Assembly (NCBI RefSeq): GCF_006345805.1 | Contig: NC_042998.1 | Location: forward strand, 177,816,001 to 177,880,000 | DNA: 64,000 bases | Direction of reading: 5' to 3' | Origin: Octopus sinensis | Lineage: Eukaryota | Shown: piece by piece, positions 13,696 through 25,800 of the stretch | How positions within the stretch are numbered: position 1 is the stretch's first letter | How the letters are laid out: each line of letters starts with the position of its first letter | Notes under the pieces: model-generated | The model's database searches: none | The model's input: the letters and a program-made list of their open reading frames with translations, nothing else | What the model was told of the DNA's origin: nothing | Translations under genes and position numbers: made by a program

Positions 13696-14252
13696 ATATA
13701 TGCAAGTATCTATATGAATTTGATGGACGAAAATAAACTCAGGCTCAACTGGCTGAAGCTAAGGTGAATTTTAACGAAAGAATCTGTTCTATAAAATGAC
13801 ACCGAATGCAATAATTAATGAAAAAGAAAGGGGGAGAGAAAAGTAGTGTTGGATGTAAAGAAAGTGGCGACAAAGGGAGAAGGAAAAAAAGCTCAGTAAT
13901 GAAGATTTCAGCTTGACTACAATGACAGTTGCAGTCTAAACGTCAAAACATACAGTAAAGGCATATATATATATATATGATAATACAGTCCTATGTATAT
14001 ATATGTGTGTATGTATAATGAGATAATCCGTCCTCGTTCTGATGGTCCACACTGTGCCTAGTAATAAACTTAACGCACTCTCCCAAATCGTATGCACTAT
14101 GAGTGTATATGTATTTGTTCGAGGATAATGAATCACCGTCGGACCAACTCTGAGTAGCAACACAATGAATCATCGCATTCAAACGTATAAACTGTACATG
14201 TATTCATTATTCTCCTGTTTTCTCTCTCTCTCTCTTTATATATAATATATAT

Positions 14253-14291
<39 letters not shown>

Positions 14292-15603
14292 CACACACAC
14301 ACATGTATGTGTGTGTGTGCGTAATGTATAGATGTATGCATATTATGTGTGTGTGTTGAGGTATACAGAACTGTGAGAAAATGTACTCAATAGAAATGTA
14401 TGCATATGAGACTCAGACAAATGTGGCGTCACTGAAGCCGGGGTACCATTTTGGCGATGAAATTATTCTCAGAAGAGAAATAATAGAACCATTCTCTCTT
14501 TTATTAACAGTTAATGTGGCCATACACATACATACATCATACACACATCATACACACACACGCACACAAACACACACCTCAGTCAAACTGCTCTATTCGA
14601 GGAGAAACCGGACATAAAATGTCAATGAATCATATCTTAAGCTACATGATTCCAATTTTTCCCTTTTTGTGAATGTGTGAGAGAATATGAGTGATAGGAA
14701 ATGTTCACTGAACAGAATTCAAATGCGACTCACTTCTTCGACAAGATATTTTCTCACTCAATTTATTAAATGTTTCTGTTTGAGAGAGAGATATTATATA
14801 TTAACGTTATTGTTTTATATTATAATCATTATAATGAAAAATTCGGAAAATCCAGAATGTATCTCATTTAATAGTGGTGAGGAGAATATATTTAGTTTTT
14901 GTGAGTGTTTAATTTTATAGTAAAAGGAGGAAGTGAAGAAACGAGTTTCTGATATACAGAAAATATAGCTGAGATGTAATAGATATTATCACATACATTA
15001 AGAATAGATACTTTTAAAATTAATATAGAAAAAGTTACAAACATAGATCATTACTATTTCACACACACATATATATGTGCGTGTATATATATATGTATGT
15101 ATGATTGTCGTGTTAGTGCGACATGAGCCGATGAAATATCTTAAAAGGGAAAGACAGAATATGCAGACGAAAATCTTAAGTTGAATATTTAGCCTAGTCT
15201 TATGTATGTCAGTAATGTCTGCAAATATTCACGGTAAACATTTTCACGCAGAAAACCGAATTCACAAATATATAATTATTCATTTAGCATCGCCGATTGC
15301 TGAATTCCTATTTTCATTACGATCAAACTCCTAAAAATCAACTGTAAATGACTAAGTGCGAAAATTATAAATAGTCAACAATCTTAAAAAGAAAGTAAAA
15401 TGAGATTATATACATATATATCTATATATATAAATATATATATATATAAATATATATATATAATATGAGACACCTGGACTTCATGCCAAACGAAGACTGC
15501 TGTAACATAATTTGCAGTGTTAAAACTGCTGTAACATAAATTGTATTCTGAACAACAACAACGAGGGAGGAGGGGAATTTTTTTCAACGTCTCTCTAACC
15601 TAC

Positions 15604-15688
15604 CTTCCGATAGTTCAAGATCCAATTCAGCAAGTTTTTCTTGAACATCTTCAGGAAGAGATGTTATGTCCACATCAATGTCTGCCAT
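15604..15688 (-). CDS. DIP2: DIP2 (disco-interacting protein 2) homologue, coding exon 1, start of the DMAP1-binding region
   Basis: gccATGG Kozak context; translates MADIDVDITSLPEDVQEKLAELDLELSE-G; donor G|GTAGGT in phase 1. Matches the recalled vertebrate DIP2C N-terminus (...LPLEVRARLAELELELSEG). Confidence 0.92.
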
Positions 15689-15766
15689 GGCTAGAGATAT
15701 ATTGCAGTTAATTCTTATTAATTTGTTTCTTTTCTTCTCTCTTTCTTTAAAACGTCCCTCTGTCTT

Positions 15767-15799
15767 TTAGTCTATCGCGTAGCCATCAATAGTCGCCAT
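15767..15799 (-). other. Upstream ORF in the DIP2 5' leader (MATIDGYAID*), with a second overlapping uORF (MATR*)
   Basis: AAAATGGCG...TAA read directly; second ATG in TTGATGGCT. Confidence 0.55.
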
Positions 15800-15803
15800 T
15801 TTG
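15792..15803 (-). promoter_or_regulatory. YY1-type motif CAAAATGGCGAC
   Basis: Matches the AANATGGCG consensus in sense orientation near the presumed TSS. Confidence 0.65.
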
Positions 15804-15828
15804 CTGTTTCCCCATCACTACACTCAAG

Positions 15829-15838
15829 TCTCGCGAGA
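15829..15838. promoter_or_regulatory. TCTCGCGAGA palindrome (BANP/ZBTB33-type CGCG element)
   Basis: Perfect 10-bp palindrome about 140 bp upstream of the DIP2 ATG, in a CpG-retaining region. Confidence 0.75.
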
Positions 15839-16374
15839 ACTGGCGTGGTCACAGACCAGATGCTCTCGGTGCTACTAGCCAGCCTTCACCATTTTTTCCA
15901 CAACTCAAAATATAAAAATGATTTTTTTTTTTCTTTTTTACAACGAGTAAAAAGGCTTTGATTATCTGTTCTGGAGCTTTTCGTTTTTTCAGTTTTATTT
16001 TCTCCTGTTATTACATAAGCATTTCTAGCAAAAATTCTTCATATACTTCAATTTCTACCCCTCCCCTCATCTTTGGAAAGAATTTGTTGTAAGCGACTAC
16101 CAATTATTCTATATCTACTCGTGCTCTGGAAATGTCATGGCAAACGGAAAAGTGGAGAGGGAGAGAGACATATTGAGAAAGCTGAGTTGTGAGAGGGAAG
16201 GGGAAGAGAGTGTAAAGGAAAGAGGAGGATAAACAGACAGACAGACAGACAGAAGGAGTGGGGGGATGGTAGTGTTAAGAATTATAATTCAGAAACAAGA
16301 CTGAATTATAAAATGTGGTGGATACATACATTTATGCATATGTATATGTATCAATGTGCTTGGATGTCTGCATA

Positions 16375-16405
<31 letters not shown>

Positions 16406-17402
16406 GCATACACATATATATGCTCTCTTACATAGACACACACATATATAAGAGCACACACACACAGGCCATTATTCTAATCATCTTTACCGACAAAACT
16501 CTTAGTATTTTAACTCCATGGAATAAGGTCGCAATATTTCAATTGCTAGGTCAAAAACAATCTTGAACAGTTTTTTTCCCCTTACACAACCCATACGCAT
16601 TCTTTTCTTAACATATATTAGGTTATAACTAATCTCTATTTTTTATTTATTTATTTATTTATTTGTTTTGCCTTGCTTATTTTATTTCTTTTATTTATCA
16701 TTTGAGACTTTTACCCTTAATTATTGCTTTAACAGACGCTCACGTTTTGGGGGAATTCTATCACTACTAATTCTGCCGGATTGCTTTGCTGTGGCTAGTT
16801 TATTCTACTCATGAACTAGATGGTTTGGGACAGCTACTATCACCAAATTAGATTATCTTTCCTAATCCAAAATATGGACTAGGCAAAGATAATTATGATT
16901 TCTTACACAGGCCAAAGGAAAATTGTGATGTTCATGCTTTTCCTAAGGGCATGACTAACATAACTGAAATGAATTGACTTAAACTGAGAATCTAAACCAG
17001 CCTGCAGAATCAAATAATAATAATGAAAAGAAATATATAGGGAATAGCTATTTATTCTATTTGTTTTCATGTTTCCCTTTTTAGTTTTTTTTTTTTCCTA
17101 TTTTAATTTTGCAGTGAATCATAAAAACAAAATCCATAACAAACACCATCACTATCACCACAACTATCTTCATCATTACCATTGACAACTGCAATATTAT
17201 CAGCAGTTCAATCTTTACACTTAATCATTTGTTTCTATCTGCTTGTATTCTATTAAACAGATTTCAGGTTGATGATAACAGCAAAATATATAAATAGTTG
17301 CTCCTGCTAGTCAAATGTAAATATCCAATTCACACACACATATGTGCGCATGTGTATATATATATATATATATATACACACGTGTGCATGTATATATATA
17401 TA

Positions 17403-17447
<45 letters not shown>

Positions 17448-17451
<4 letters not shown>

Positions 17452-18480
17452 GAAGAGGTAGACCCAGGAAAACCTGGGTCGAGGTGGTGAAGCACGACCT
17501 TCGAACTCTAGGTCTCACCAAGGAAATGACCAGAGACCGAGACCTATGGAAGTATGCTGTGCGTGAGAAGACCCGGCAAAACCAGTGAGAACAATCAAAA
17601 TCAAATCATATATCAGAAAGCAGGGGTTAAGTGACCCATCCGTTCGTGTCCGCTGTCAGCCTCGTCTGGCACCCGTGCCGGTGATACGTAAAAGCACCAT
17701 TCGCTTGTGGCCGTTTGCCAGCTCTGCCTGGCCCCGTGTCGGTGGCACGTAAAAGCACCATCCGTTCGTGTTCGTTGCCAGCCTCGCCTGGCCCCGTGCC
17801 GGTGACACGTAAAAGCACCGTCCGTTCGTGGCCGTTTGCCAGCTTTGTCTGGCCCCGTGTCGGTGGCACGTAAAAGCACCGTCCGTTCGTGGCCGTTTGC
17901 CAGCTCTATCTGGCCCCGTGTCGGTGGCACGTAAAAGCACCATCCGTTCGTGTCCGTTGCCAGCCTCGGCTGGCCCCCGTGCCGGTGACACGTAAAAGCA
18001 CCGTCCGCTCGTGGCCGTTTTCCAGCTCTGTCTGGCAACCATGTCGGTGGCACGTAAAAGCACCATCCGTTCGCGTCCGTTGCCAGCCTCGGCTGGCCCC
18101 CGTGCCGGTGACACGTAAAAGCACCGTCCGTTCGTGGCCGTTTGCCAGCTCTGTCTGGCCCCGTGTCGGTGGCACGTAAAAGCACCATCCGTTCGTGTCC
18201 GTTGCCAGCATCGCTTGGCCCCGTGCCGGTGACACGTAAAAGCACCATCCGTTCGTGGCCGTTCGCCAGCTCTGTCTGGCACCTGTGCAGTGGCACGTAA
18301 AAAACACCCACTACACTCGCGGAGTGGTTGGCGTTAGGAAGGGCATCCAGCCGTAGAAACACTGCCAGATCTGACTGGGCCTGACGAAGCCTTCCAGCTT
18401 CACAGACCCCAGTTGACCCGTCCAACCCATGCTAGCATGGAAAGCGGACGCTAAACGATGATGATGATGATGATGATGAT
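17448..18480 (+). mobile_element. Young 5'-truncated RTE LINE (ORF2 end, VNTR 3' UTR, (GAT)n tail)
   Basis: CGRGRPRKTWVEVVKHDLRTLGLTKEMTRDRDLWKYAVREKTRQNQ* ends at 17588; consensus-like tail; (TA)n on the left flank. Confidence 0.92.
17630..18308 (+). repeat. Minisatellite of about 61 bp, 11 units, two alternating variants
   Basis: The CGTAAAA core recurs every 60-62 bp from 17687 to about 18296. Confidence 0.95.
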
Positions 18481-18625
18481 GGTTGGTGTTAGAAGAGGCA
18501 TCCAGCTGAAAAAACCAAACCAAAACAGACAGTGCAGTTTGGTGCAGTCCTCTGGCTTGCCAGCTCCTATCAAACTGTCCAACCCATGCCATCATGGAAG
18601 ACAGGCATTAGATGATGGTAATGAT
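18481..18625 (+). mobile_element. Older RTE-tail copy
   Basis: GGCATCCAGCTG...CCAACCCATGCC degenerate tail. Confidence 0.7.
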
Positions 18626-19021
18626 GTATATAATCTAAACTTGTATGAAAGGAAAACAAATTCCAAAAATTCAGAGTATAGTAAATAATGAGAATATATA
18701 ATTTACATATATATTTACCAATACTTTTTTGTACATAGAGTAAATGTGGTTTCTTTGTTGTAGTTTAATTAATAATGTTAGTGTTTAATCCTTCCTAGAA
18801 TTAAGATTGAATGAATGTGGTGATAACTAAGGTATGTATGTTCCCAAATAACACTTTAGTGCTGTTGACACCTCTGGATTGAATGGTACTGCCCAGGTGT
18901 CGAAACCATAGTGATATTCGTGGGGCAGCTGGGGATGGAGGTATGTTGGATTGTTGGTATGGGTTATAATATTGTATGTGCAGAATAGTTTTATGTGATA
19001 TATATATATATATATATATTA

Positions 19022-19240
19022 CACATGATCACATGACTGACCAGGCTATCAGATATTGTTAAACATCACTGGTTACAATGCGCTAGTGCATTATTTTAGC
19101 CTTCAAATGATGCCACCCTGCTGGCTAGACAAACAGGTCAACAATCTCCCTGATCAAAGGGGGACTGGAGCAAGGTGAAATGAATCATTTTTCTCAAGAA
19201 CACAATGTGCTACCCAGTGAGGGCATCAAACCCACAACTT
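19022..19240. mobile_element. Composite SINE fragments
   Basis: TGACCAGGCTATCAGA...CTGGTTACAATGC also occurs at 10580-10630; followed by a reversed SINE head. Confidence 0.5.
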
Positions 19241-20371
19241 ACTAATATATATATATATGCACTAACAGTACCTCAGATAATGGAAATGGTGAAGTGTTTG
19301 ATTCCCATCAAAGTGTACAAGAGTTCATATCACATCACTACTCATTGTGCACTGCCAAGACTTGTTGACCAAAAAGAATAGCTAACACTCCCTTTTGTAA
19401 ATAGCAAGAGCATTGTATAATTAACAAGTATTTTATTGGCTTGTCATATTATGTTCATGAGTTCATATATACCAGAGGAAGCTAATGGGATATTGTGTCA
19501 ACTACTAAGCTTCAGTCCAGCATACCAACTATTTCAGTTGACCTGACTTTTAAACCTGAACACTGCTCTGATTATGGGCCGCTTGTGATGCAGGTGCACA
19601 CAATTCATTCTACATCAAATTTATATGTGCTGCCAAATAATTGTAGCTCTTAGCTCCCATGAGAAAAAGTGGGATGTTTAAAGTAACATACTCTTTTATT
19701 GGCTCAGGCTGGTTACCTCTATCCCAGCTTGGAAAAATAGTCAGTATATTTAATGATTGTGGAACAAATGACAGGTTCCACAACTTTGTTTCATTTATCA
19801 ACTGAAACTCTCTCTAACCTACAAGATTCATAGCTGACCAGATACATTCCAGTCAAAAATTTCCCAACTCCTGTCTACTATCCATCTCCTCTGTCCATGT
19901 TACACTCAACTCTCTACTCAAACTTCACTCTGAAAGGTGGCATCTAAACATATGTAGACTCCACTTTTCCTGTCACCCACCTCTTTCATTTGAATATCAG
20001 TTAAAACTTCTGGTTAGTGTTATTTGAAGTTTCATTCTCTCATTTCCCCAATTAGATACGCTTCCTCTGTAACTCTCTGAATATCCCAAACCACCAGCAA
20101 CTGTTTAACCACTTCTCTTCCTGTACTGAAAGCATATCTTATTTCACTCCACTTTACTCCATTATCCTCAGTAACTTTAGTACTCACAACTTCCCATGGT
20201 TCTCAGGCTCATCCCACATCAATGCTATCAGTGCAGAAGTCAAATCTTTTTTTCTAATTTTCAACCCTCTACTTTTATTTGCTTCATCCCATACTTAAAT
20301 CACCGACCTACAGAGAGATACTTCAAACACCCTTCGTCTCCAAACTTAGTCCAACCAAACTATAGCTATCT

Positions 20372-20686
20372 CATCATCATCATCATCATTTAACGTCCGT
20401 TTTCCATGCTAGCAAGGGTTGGACGGTTTTGACTGAGGGCTGGCAACCAGATGGCTGCACCAGGCTCCAGTCTTGATCTGGCAGAGTTTCTACAGCTGGA
20501 TGCCCTTCCTAACGCCAACCACTCTGAGAGTGTAGTGGGTGCTTTTTACGTGCCATCTGCATGGGTGCCAGTCAGGCGGTACTGGCAATGACTTCGCTCG
20601 AATCTTTTTACACATGCCACCGACACAGGTGCCAGTGAAGCGACGTTGGTAACGATCACACTCGAATGGTGCCCTTTTACGTGGCA
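20372..20686 (-). mobile_element. RTE 3' tail with about 3 VNTR units
   Basis: (CAT)n-TTAACGTCCGTTTTCCATGCTAGC. Confidence 0.85.
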
Positions 20687-20849
20687 CAACCACTATTTTG
20701 TTTAGTATGTGTGCTAAAAACTACCCAACACACATCCACATAAGGCACAATGTCTCCCCACCCCATCAGACTTAATAGCACTGACTGGCTGGAGCTCCAT
20801 CAGAGTCATGCCAGTTATCATTGGCAAAATACATGCATCACTTCTAACT

Positions 20850-20950
20850 CATCTAAGTACCAATTACGCACTGGAATCGATATAATCGACTTAATGCCTT
20901 CTTGTTTGTCCCCTCTGTGTGTAGCCCCTTGTGGGCAGTAAAGAAATAAG
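20850..20950 (+). mobile_element. Family B SINE 3' end
   Basis: AAGTACC...CGCACTGG..TCGATATAATCGACTTA...CCCCTTGTGGGCAGTAAAGAAAT. Confidence 0.75.
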
Positions 20951-21401
20951 AAACATTTAGGCAACTAACTGAAACAAACCTTTTGTGCACCCTTCAAGTG
21001 CAATACAACAAGAGTAACAAGTGGTTAGAAATGGTAGTAGAGAAGATATGGTTTATGGGAAATATTAGTATGGAGCAGAATGGAGAGGGGGTAAGGTGAG
21101 AGATTGAGATGGCTCTGGAAGGATAGAGCAGAAGGTAAGGAGAAAATATGTAAAGTGTAGGAGTGGTGAGGAAGGAGATGTAGAGGGTACATATCAGTGG
21201 CTATAGTGAGCAGGGCTGGATGGTATATATGAGGGGGTTCTGAGAATCAAAGCAGATATGAGGTGTTAAATGGATTATAGCAGAGTAGAAAGATAACTGA
21301 AGGCACAGAAGGAAGACAATCACTGAATTAGTCTGATTAGGGAAGAAACAATAATGGGAAGCAAGTAGCTGGTGGCCAAAAAAAGTAGGAGGAGCAATAT
21401 A

Positions 21402-21561
21402 CTGTATTTCAACATGTATAAGGAACCCATTTTGTCAAAAATTAGGTTAAAAATATGGGAGTTTCTTACACATGGATAGTATTATAATTCTTTACACAAC
21501 CTTTTTTTCCAAATTTTAAGCACCAAAAATTAGGGGGCTCCTTACACATGTTAAAATACAG
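21402..21561. mobile_element. pogo/Tc1-like MITE, 160 bp
   Basis: TIRs (TA)CTGTATTTCAACATGTATAAGG and CCTTACACATGTTAAAATACAG. Confidence 0.7.
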
Positions 21562-21860
21562 CATATCACTAATGTTTTCTAGTGATTACAGTCACCAGGT
21601 AGGGCCATAGACAGAGAAGTGATGGAGGGTTGGATGTTAGGGGAATGAGATGTGAGGGACACTTGATAGGGCAGAATGGGTTACAAGCATAACCAGAATG
21701 CTTTTAGGGAATAATCTTTCCTATGGTGGACAGATCTTGTCAAAAATAGGGAATCACTTATCATCTCTGAATATATTCATATGTATGTATATATGTATCA
21801 TTATCTCTTACTACTTTTCTATCATTATGTGTGTGCGTGCATATGTGTGTGTGTGCATAT

Positions 21861-23410
21861 AAAGTTAAATTAGAATAACCAAAGTCTTAGTAAGTAGGAA
21901 AGCAGACAAAATCTGTCATTCATGAGCACCTGGTAAAGCTTGCGTACACAAATCGCTATGATGTTTGGGTACCACATGAGTTGAGTGAGAAGAACCTTTT
22001 GGATCGCATTTCCATCTGTGATTCCCATTATAAACGGAATGAAAACGCGCCTTTTTTAAAGCAAATTGTGACAGGTGATGAGAAATGGATTATCTACCGA
22101 GATGTTCAGAGAAAGCAATCTTGGATTAAGCGACATGAGCCACCCTTAGCCACCCCAAAAGCAGGTCTTCACCCTAAAAAAGTCTTGCTTTGTGTCTGGT
22201 GGGATTGGAAAGGAATTCTGTACTATGAGCTTCTCCCAAGTAACCAGACAATTCATTCTGAGAAATACTGCTCACAACTGGACGAGTTAAAAGCAGCAAT
22301 TCAATAGAAATGTTCAGAATTGGCCAACAGGAAGGGTGTTGTTTTCCAACATGATAATGCAAAACTGCACATTTCTTTGGGAACCAGACAAAAATTGCTG
22401 CAGCTCAGCTGGGATGTGTTACCCCATCCTCCATATTCACCAGATATTGCTCCTTCAGATTTCCATTTATTCAGGTCTCTGCAGAATAGTCTTAATGGTA
22501 AAAATTTCAATTCCTTGATGAATTCTTTGCCATGAAACCACCTCAGTTCTGGGAAGAGGGTATTTTCAAGTTAAAGGAAAGATGGAGATGCATTGTGCAA
22601 CAAAGTGGTTCATATTTGGTTGATTAAAAGTGTAATGGCAAGTATTTATTGACCATTTTCTTTCCTTTAAAAATCGGTACAAACTTTCTGGACAACCCAA
22701 AGGCATAGGTAGAAACTCTATAAGATGTACCCAGTGTAAGTTATGGACACATAAGAGGTGCAGCAATATCAAAGGAAGACTAAATGGGAAGGTAGTTTTT
22801 GTATGTGGCAGATGCTCAGGAGCAATAAACACAGAAAATGTGCAGAGAACAACTTCCACCACATTCCAAACTAGAAGTTGTTGATAGCTTCCGTTACCTA
22901 GGTGACCAAGTCAGTAGTGGGGGAGGGTTTCGCTGAAAGTGTAGCTGCTAGAATAAGAATTACCTGGGCAAAGTTCAGAGAGCTCTTACCGCTGCTGGTG
23001 ACAAAGGGCCTCTCGCTCAGAGTAAAAGGTAGACTGTATGACGCATGTGTATGAACAGCCATGCTACACGGCAGTGAAACATGGGTTGTGACTGCTGAAG
23101 ACATGCGTAAGCTCACAAGGAATGAAGCCAGTATACTCCAATGGATGTGTAATGTCAATGTGCATACTCGACAGAATGTTAGTACCTTGAGAGAAAAGTT
23201 GGACCTAAGAAGCATCAGATGTGGTGCGCAAGAGAGACGACTGCGCTGGTATGGTCATGTGGCAAGAATAGATGTGGATAGCTGTGTGAAAAGGTGCCAC
23301 ACCCTAGTGGTTGAGGGAACCTGTGGAAGAGGTAGATCCAAGAAGACCTGGAATGAGGTGGTGAAGCATGACCTTCGAACATTGGGCCTCACCAAGGCAA
23401 TGACTAGTGA
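21861..23410 (+). mobile_element. RTE ORF2 fragment (21861-21913 and 22701-23410) interrupted by the mariner
   Basis: AAAGTCTTAGTAAGTAGGAAAGC on the left; RNSIRCTQC, MLHGSETW, GRGRSKKTW on the right; colinear with the 38080-38830 copy. Confidence 0.85.
21914..22700 (+). mobile_element. mariner transposase, 3' two-thirds, with right TIR (pseudogene)
   Basis: WVPHELSEKN...IVTGDEKW...QHDNA...HPPYSPDIAPSDFHLFRSLQN; ends AACTTTCTGGACAACCCAA. Confidence 0.93.
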
Positions 23411-23412
23411 CT

Positions 23413-23695
23413 GAACCTATTAGTCTATTAGTCTCTTTTGCTGAGCTGCTAAGTTACAGGGACATAAACACACCAACACCAGTTGTCAAGTGGTGGTGGA
23501 GGACAAACACAGGGTCAAAGACATGCACACACACACACATACATACAACAGGCTTCTTTCAGTTTCTCTCGACCAAATCCACTTACAAGGCTTTACTTGA
23601 CCCAAGTAGAAGACAGTGGCCCAAGGTGCCACACAGTGGGACTAAACCTGGAACTATGTGGTTGGGAAGTAAACCCCTTACCACACAGCCACACA
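23413..23695 (-). mobile_element. Family A SINE
   Basis: Reverse-complement body and head. Confidence 0.8.
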
Positions 23696-23727
23696 CGTAT
23701 ATATGTATATATGTATATATGTATATA

Positions 23728-23794
<67 letters not shown>

Positions 23795-23985
23795 GCTTTT
23801 GCGTTTGCTCTGCCATCGCTTAACAACCAGAGTTCATTTGTTTACATCCCCATAACTTAGATGTTTGGTAAAAGAGACCAATAGAATAAGTACCAGACCT
23901 AAAAAATAAATATGCTGAAGTTAATTTGTCCAACTAAACCCTTCAAAGCAGTGCTTCAGTATGAGTGACTGAAGTGAAAAAAGGG
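23795..23985 (+). mobile_element. Family A SINE 3' half
   Basis: TAACTTAG...AAAAGAGACCAATAGAATAAGTACC. Confidence 0.7.
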
Positions 23986-24867
23986 ATAAAAGGGAGAAGA
24001 CGGACCTTCATTAATGAGTTTGGTTTATTACCAAAGACTTTGTCTCCACATGATTTTATGGGAGTTAACCAATCTGGCAGAGTCTCTTCCATTCCAGAGT
24101 ATTGAAAATAGATGGAAATAACATGTATTAAATATAAATGAAAAATGTCTTTTTTTCTGTAGATTTGATTACCATAGCTACTTGATTACCAATAGCTTAT
24201 CGTTATTTTATGGTAGTTATACTGAAATCACTAATGTCCATGAGAAAAAAAAAACATAAACATCATATAACCTCATTTATCTACCCTAAAAACTGAGGTT
24301 CTGTGCCATTGTAACAAATCAATATATTATGGAGAATCTTGCTAATACTGGAACAACCATCCACAGATTTGGTTTTTGGAATCAGAAAAAGGAGTTTAGT
24401 CAGTTGCTTGAGAGAAGAGACAGAGTGGGGAAGTGGCCGTGTCAGCCAAGGGAAGGAGAAAGAAGTCTTCTGGTGAGAAGGAAGCTAATATTACAAGCAG
24501 GCTTACACACATTCACACCACACACAATATTACAAAATCTGTGTATACATATAAGCAAATATATATGTACGTTTTTACAGCCACATATACATACAACTGA
24601 CAGGATTTTCATTTATATACAATTAGATTGTTTTTCATTTTATAGCTTGTATTAAGTTGGTACAAAAGCATATATATATATACAATTATACAAATATTAA
24701 GTAGTAGTAATTCACTGAAGTTACGACAAAAACAAAGATAAACCAGCTGCAAAAAAAAATAAAATAAAGCTGTTTAAAGTTAAACAGTCAAAGTATCAAT
24801 GTTTTTCCTTTAAGCTCTCCTCCAGATCATTTCTGTTCAAAGAAAATAAATAATGGGAATATATAGT

Positions 24868-25070
24868 CTTTTATTTGTTTACCTCTTTCACTCATTAGAC
24901 TGCAGCCATGCTGGGAGAACTGCCTTTAAGGTTTCCATCAACCAAATCAATCCCAGTACATATTTTTAAGTTTAGTACTTATTTTATCAGTTTCTTTTAG
25001 CTGAACTGCTAAGTTACAGAAATATATATAAACCAATACTGGTGTCAAGTAGTGAGAGACAAACACAAAC
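24868..25070 (-). mobile_element. Family A SINE 3' half
   Basis: GACTGCAGCCATGCTGG...CTGAACTGCTAAGTTAC. Confidence 0.7.
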
Positions 25071-25109
25071 CTACATGCATACATGTGTGCTCATACATAC
25101 ATACATACA

Positions 25110-25375
25110 TGATGGCTGCTCCCTCGTTATCAAGTATGGCCATTGCATGAAGCTTAACTGTTATTGGTGCTGTGATCAAGTGTGACTTTTTAGCCCAGCT
25201 AAAGATCTACAATGTCTTGTACAGAAATGGCAGGTAAAACCTTTACCGGCAATAGCCAGATGTAGTTGTAACTGGGCTTCACGTACCTTTGCATGTCGTT
25301 TAAGTCCTCCTGCCAAATTACACTCTCTTCCACATGTGTAACAGATATGATTAGTATGGTGTGTAGAACCACCAC
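25110..25375 (-). mobile_element. 3' end of a second RTE family with C-terminal zinc-finger-like motifs
   Basis: CYTCGRECNLAGGLKRH and CHFCTRHCRSLAGLKSHT*, followed by a GAGGGAGCAGCCATCAT tail. Confidence 0.7.
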
Positions 25376-25418
25376 ATACAGACATACATACATACATACA
25401 TACATACATACATACATC

Positions 25419-25673
25419 TCCCGTGCCGGTGGCACGTAAAAAGCACCATCCGACCATGGCCGTTTGCCAACCCCGTCTGACATCTGTGCCGGTGGCACGT
25501 AAAAAGCACCCACTACACTCACGGAGTGGTTGGCGTTAGGAAGGGCATCCAGCCATAGAAACATTGCCAGATCAGACTGCGCCTGGTGCAGCCTTCTAGC
25601 TTCCCATACCCCAGTTGAACTGTCCAACCCATGCTAGCATGGAAAGCGGACGCTAAATGATGATGATGATGAT
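25419..25673 (+). mobile_element. RTE 3' tail with 2 VNTR units, inserted in (TACA)n
   Basis: Consensus tail; ACATAC on both flanks. Confidence 0.88.
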
Positions 25674-25800
25674 ACATACTGGTGTTGGTGTGTTTATGTC
25701 CCTGTAACTTAGCAGCTCAGCAAAAGAGACTAATAGAATAAGTACCAAGTTTTAAAATAATGGAGTCGATTCTTCATGGTGGTACCCCAGCATGGCCACA
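25674..25800 (+). mobile_element. Family A SINE 3' half
   Basis: GTAACTTAGCAGCTCAGCAAAAGAGACTAATAGAATAAGTACC. Confidence 0.7.

Noticed and set aside
1-15603. DIP2 exon 2
   Set aside because: No minus-strand GDITQKGYEKKR-like sequence found by eye; a tblastn is needed to exclude it
17630-18308. CRISPR-like array
   Set aside because: No unique spacers; contiguous tandem units in eukaryotic DNA; no cas genes
17613-18425. 270-aa repetitive ORF and overlapping ORFs
   Set aside because: They arise from the GC-rich VNTR in the RTE 3' UTR and lie antisense to the element
24329-24655. 108-aa ORF
   Set aside because: No homology, no convincing splice context, and it runs into low-complexity sequence
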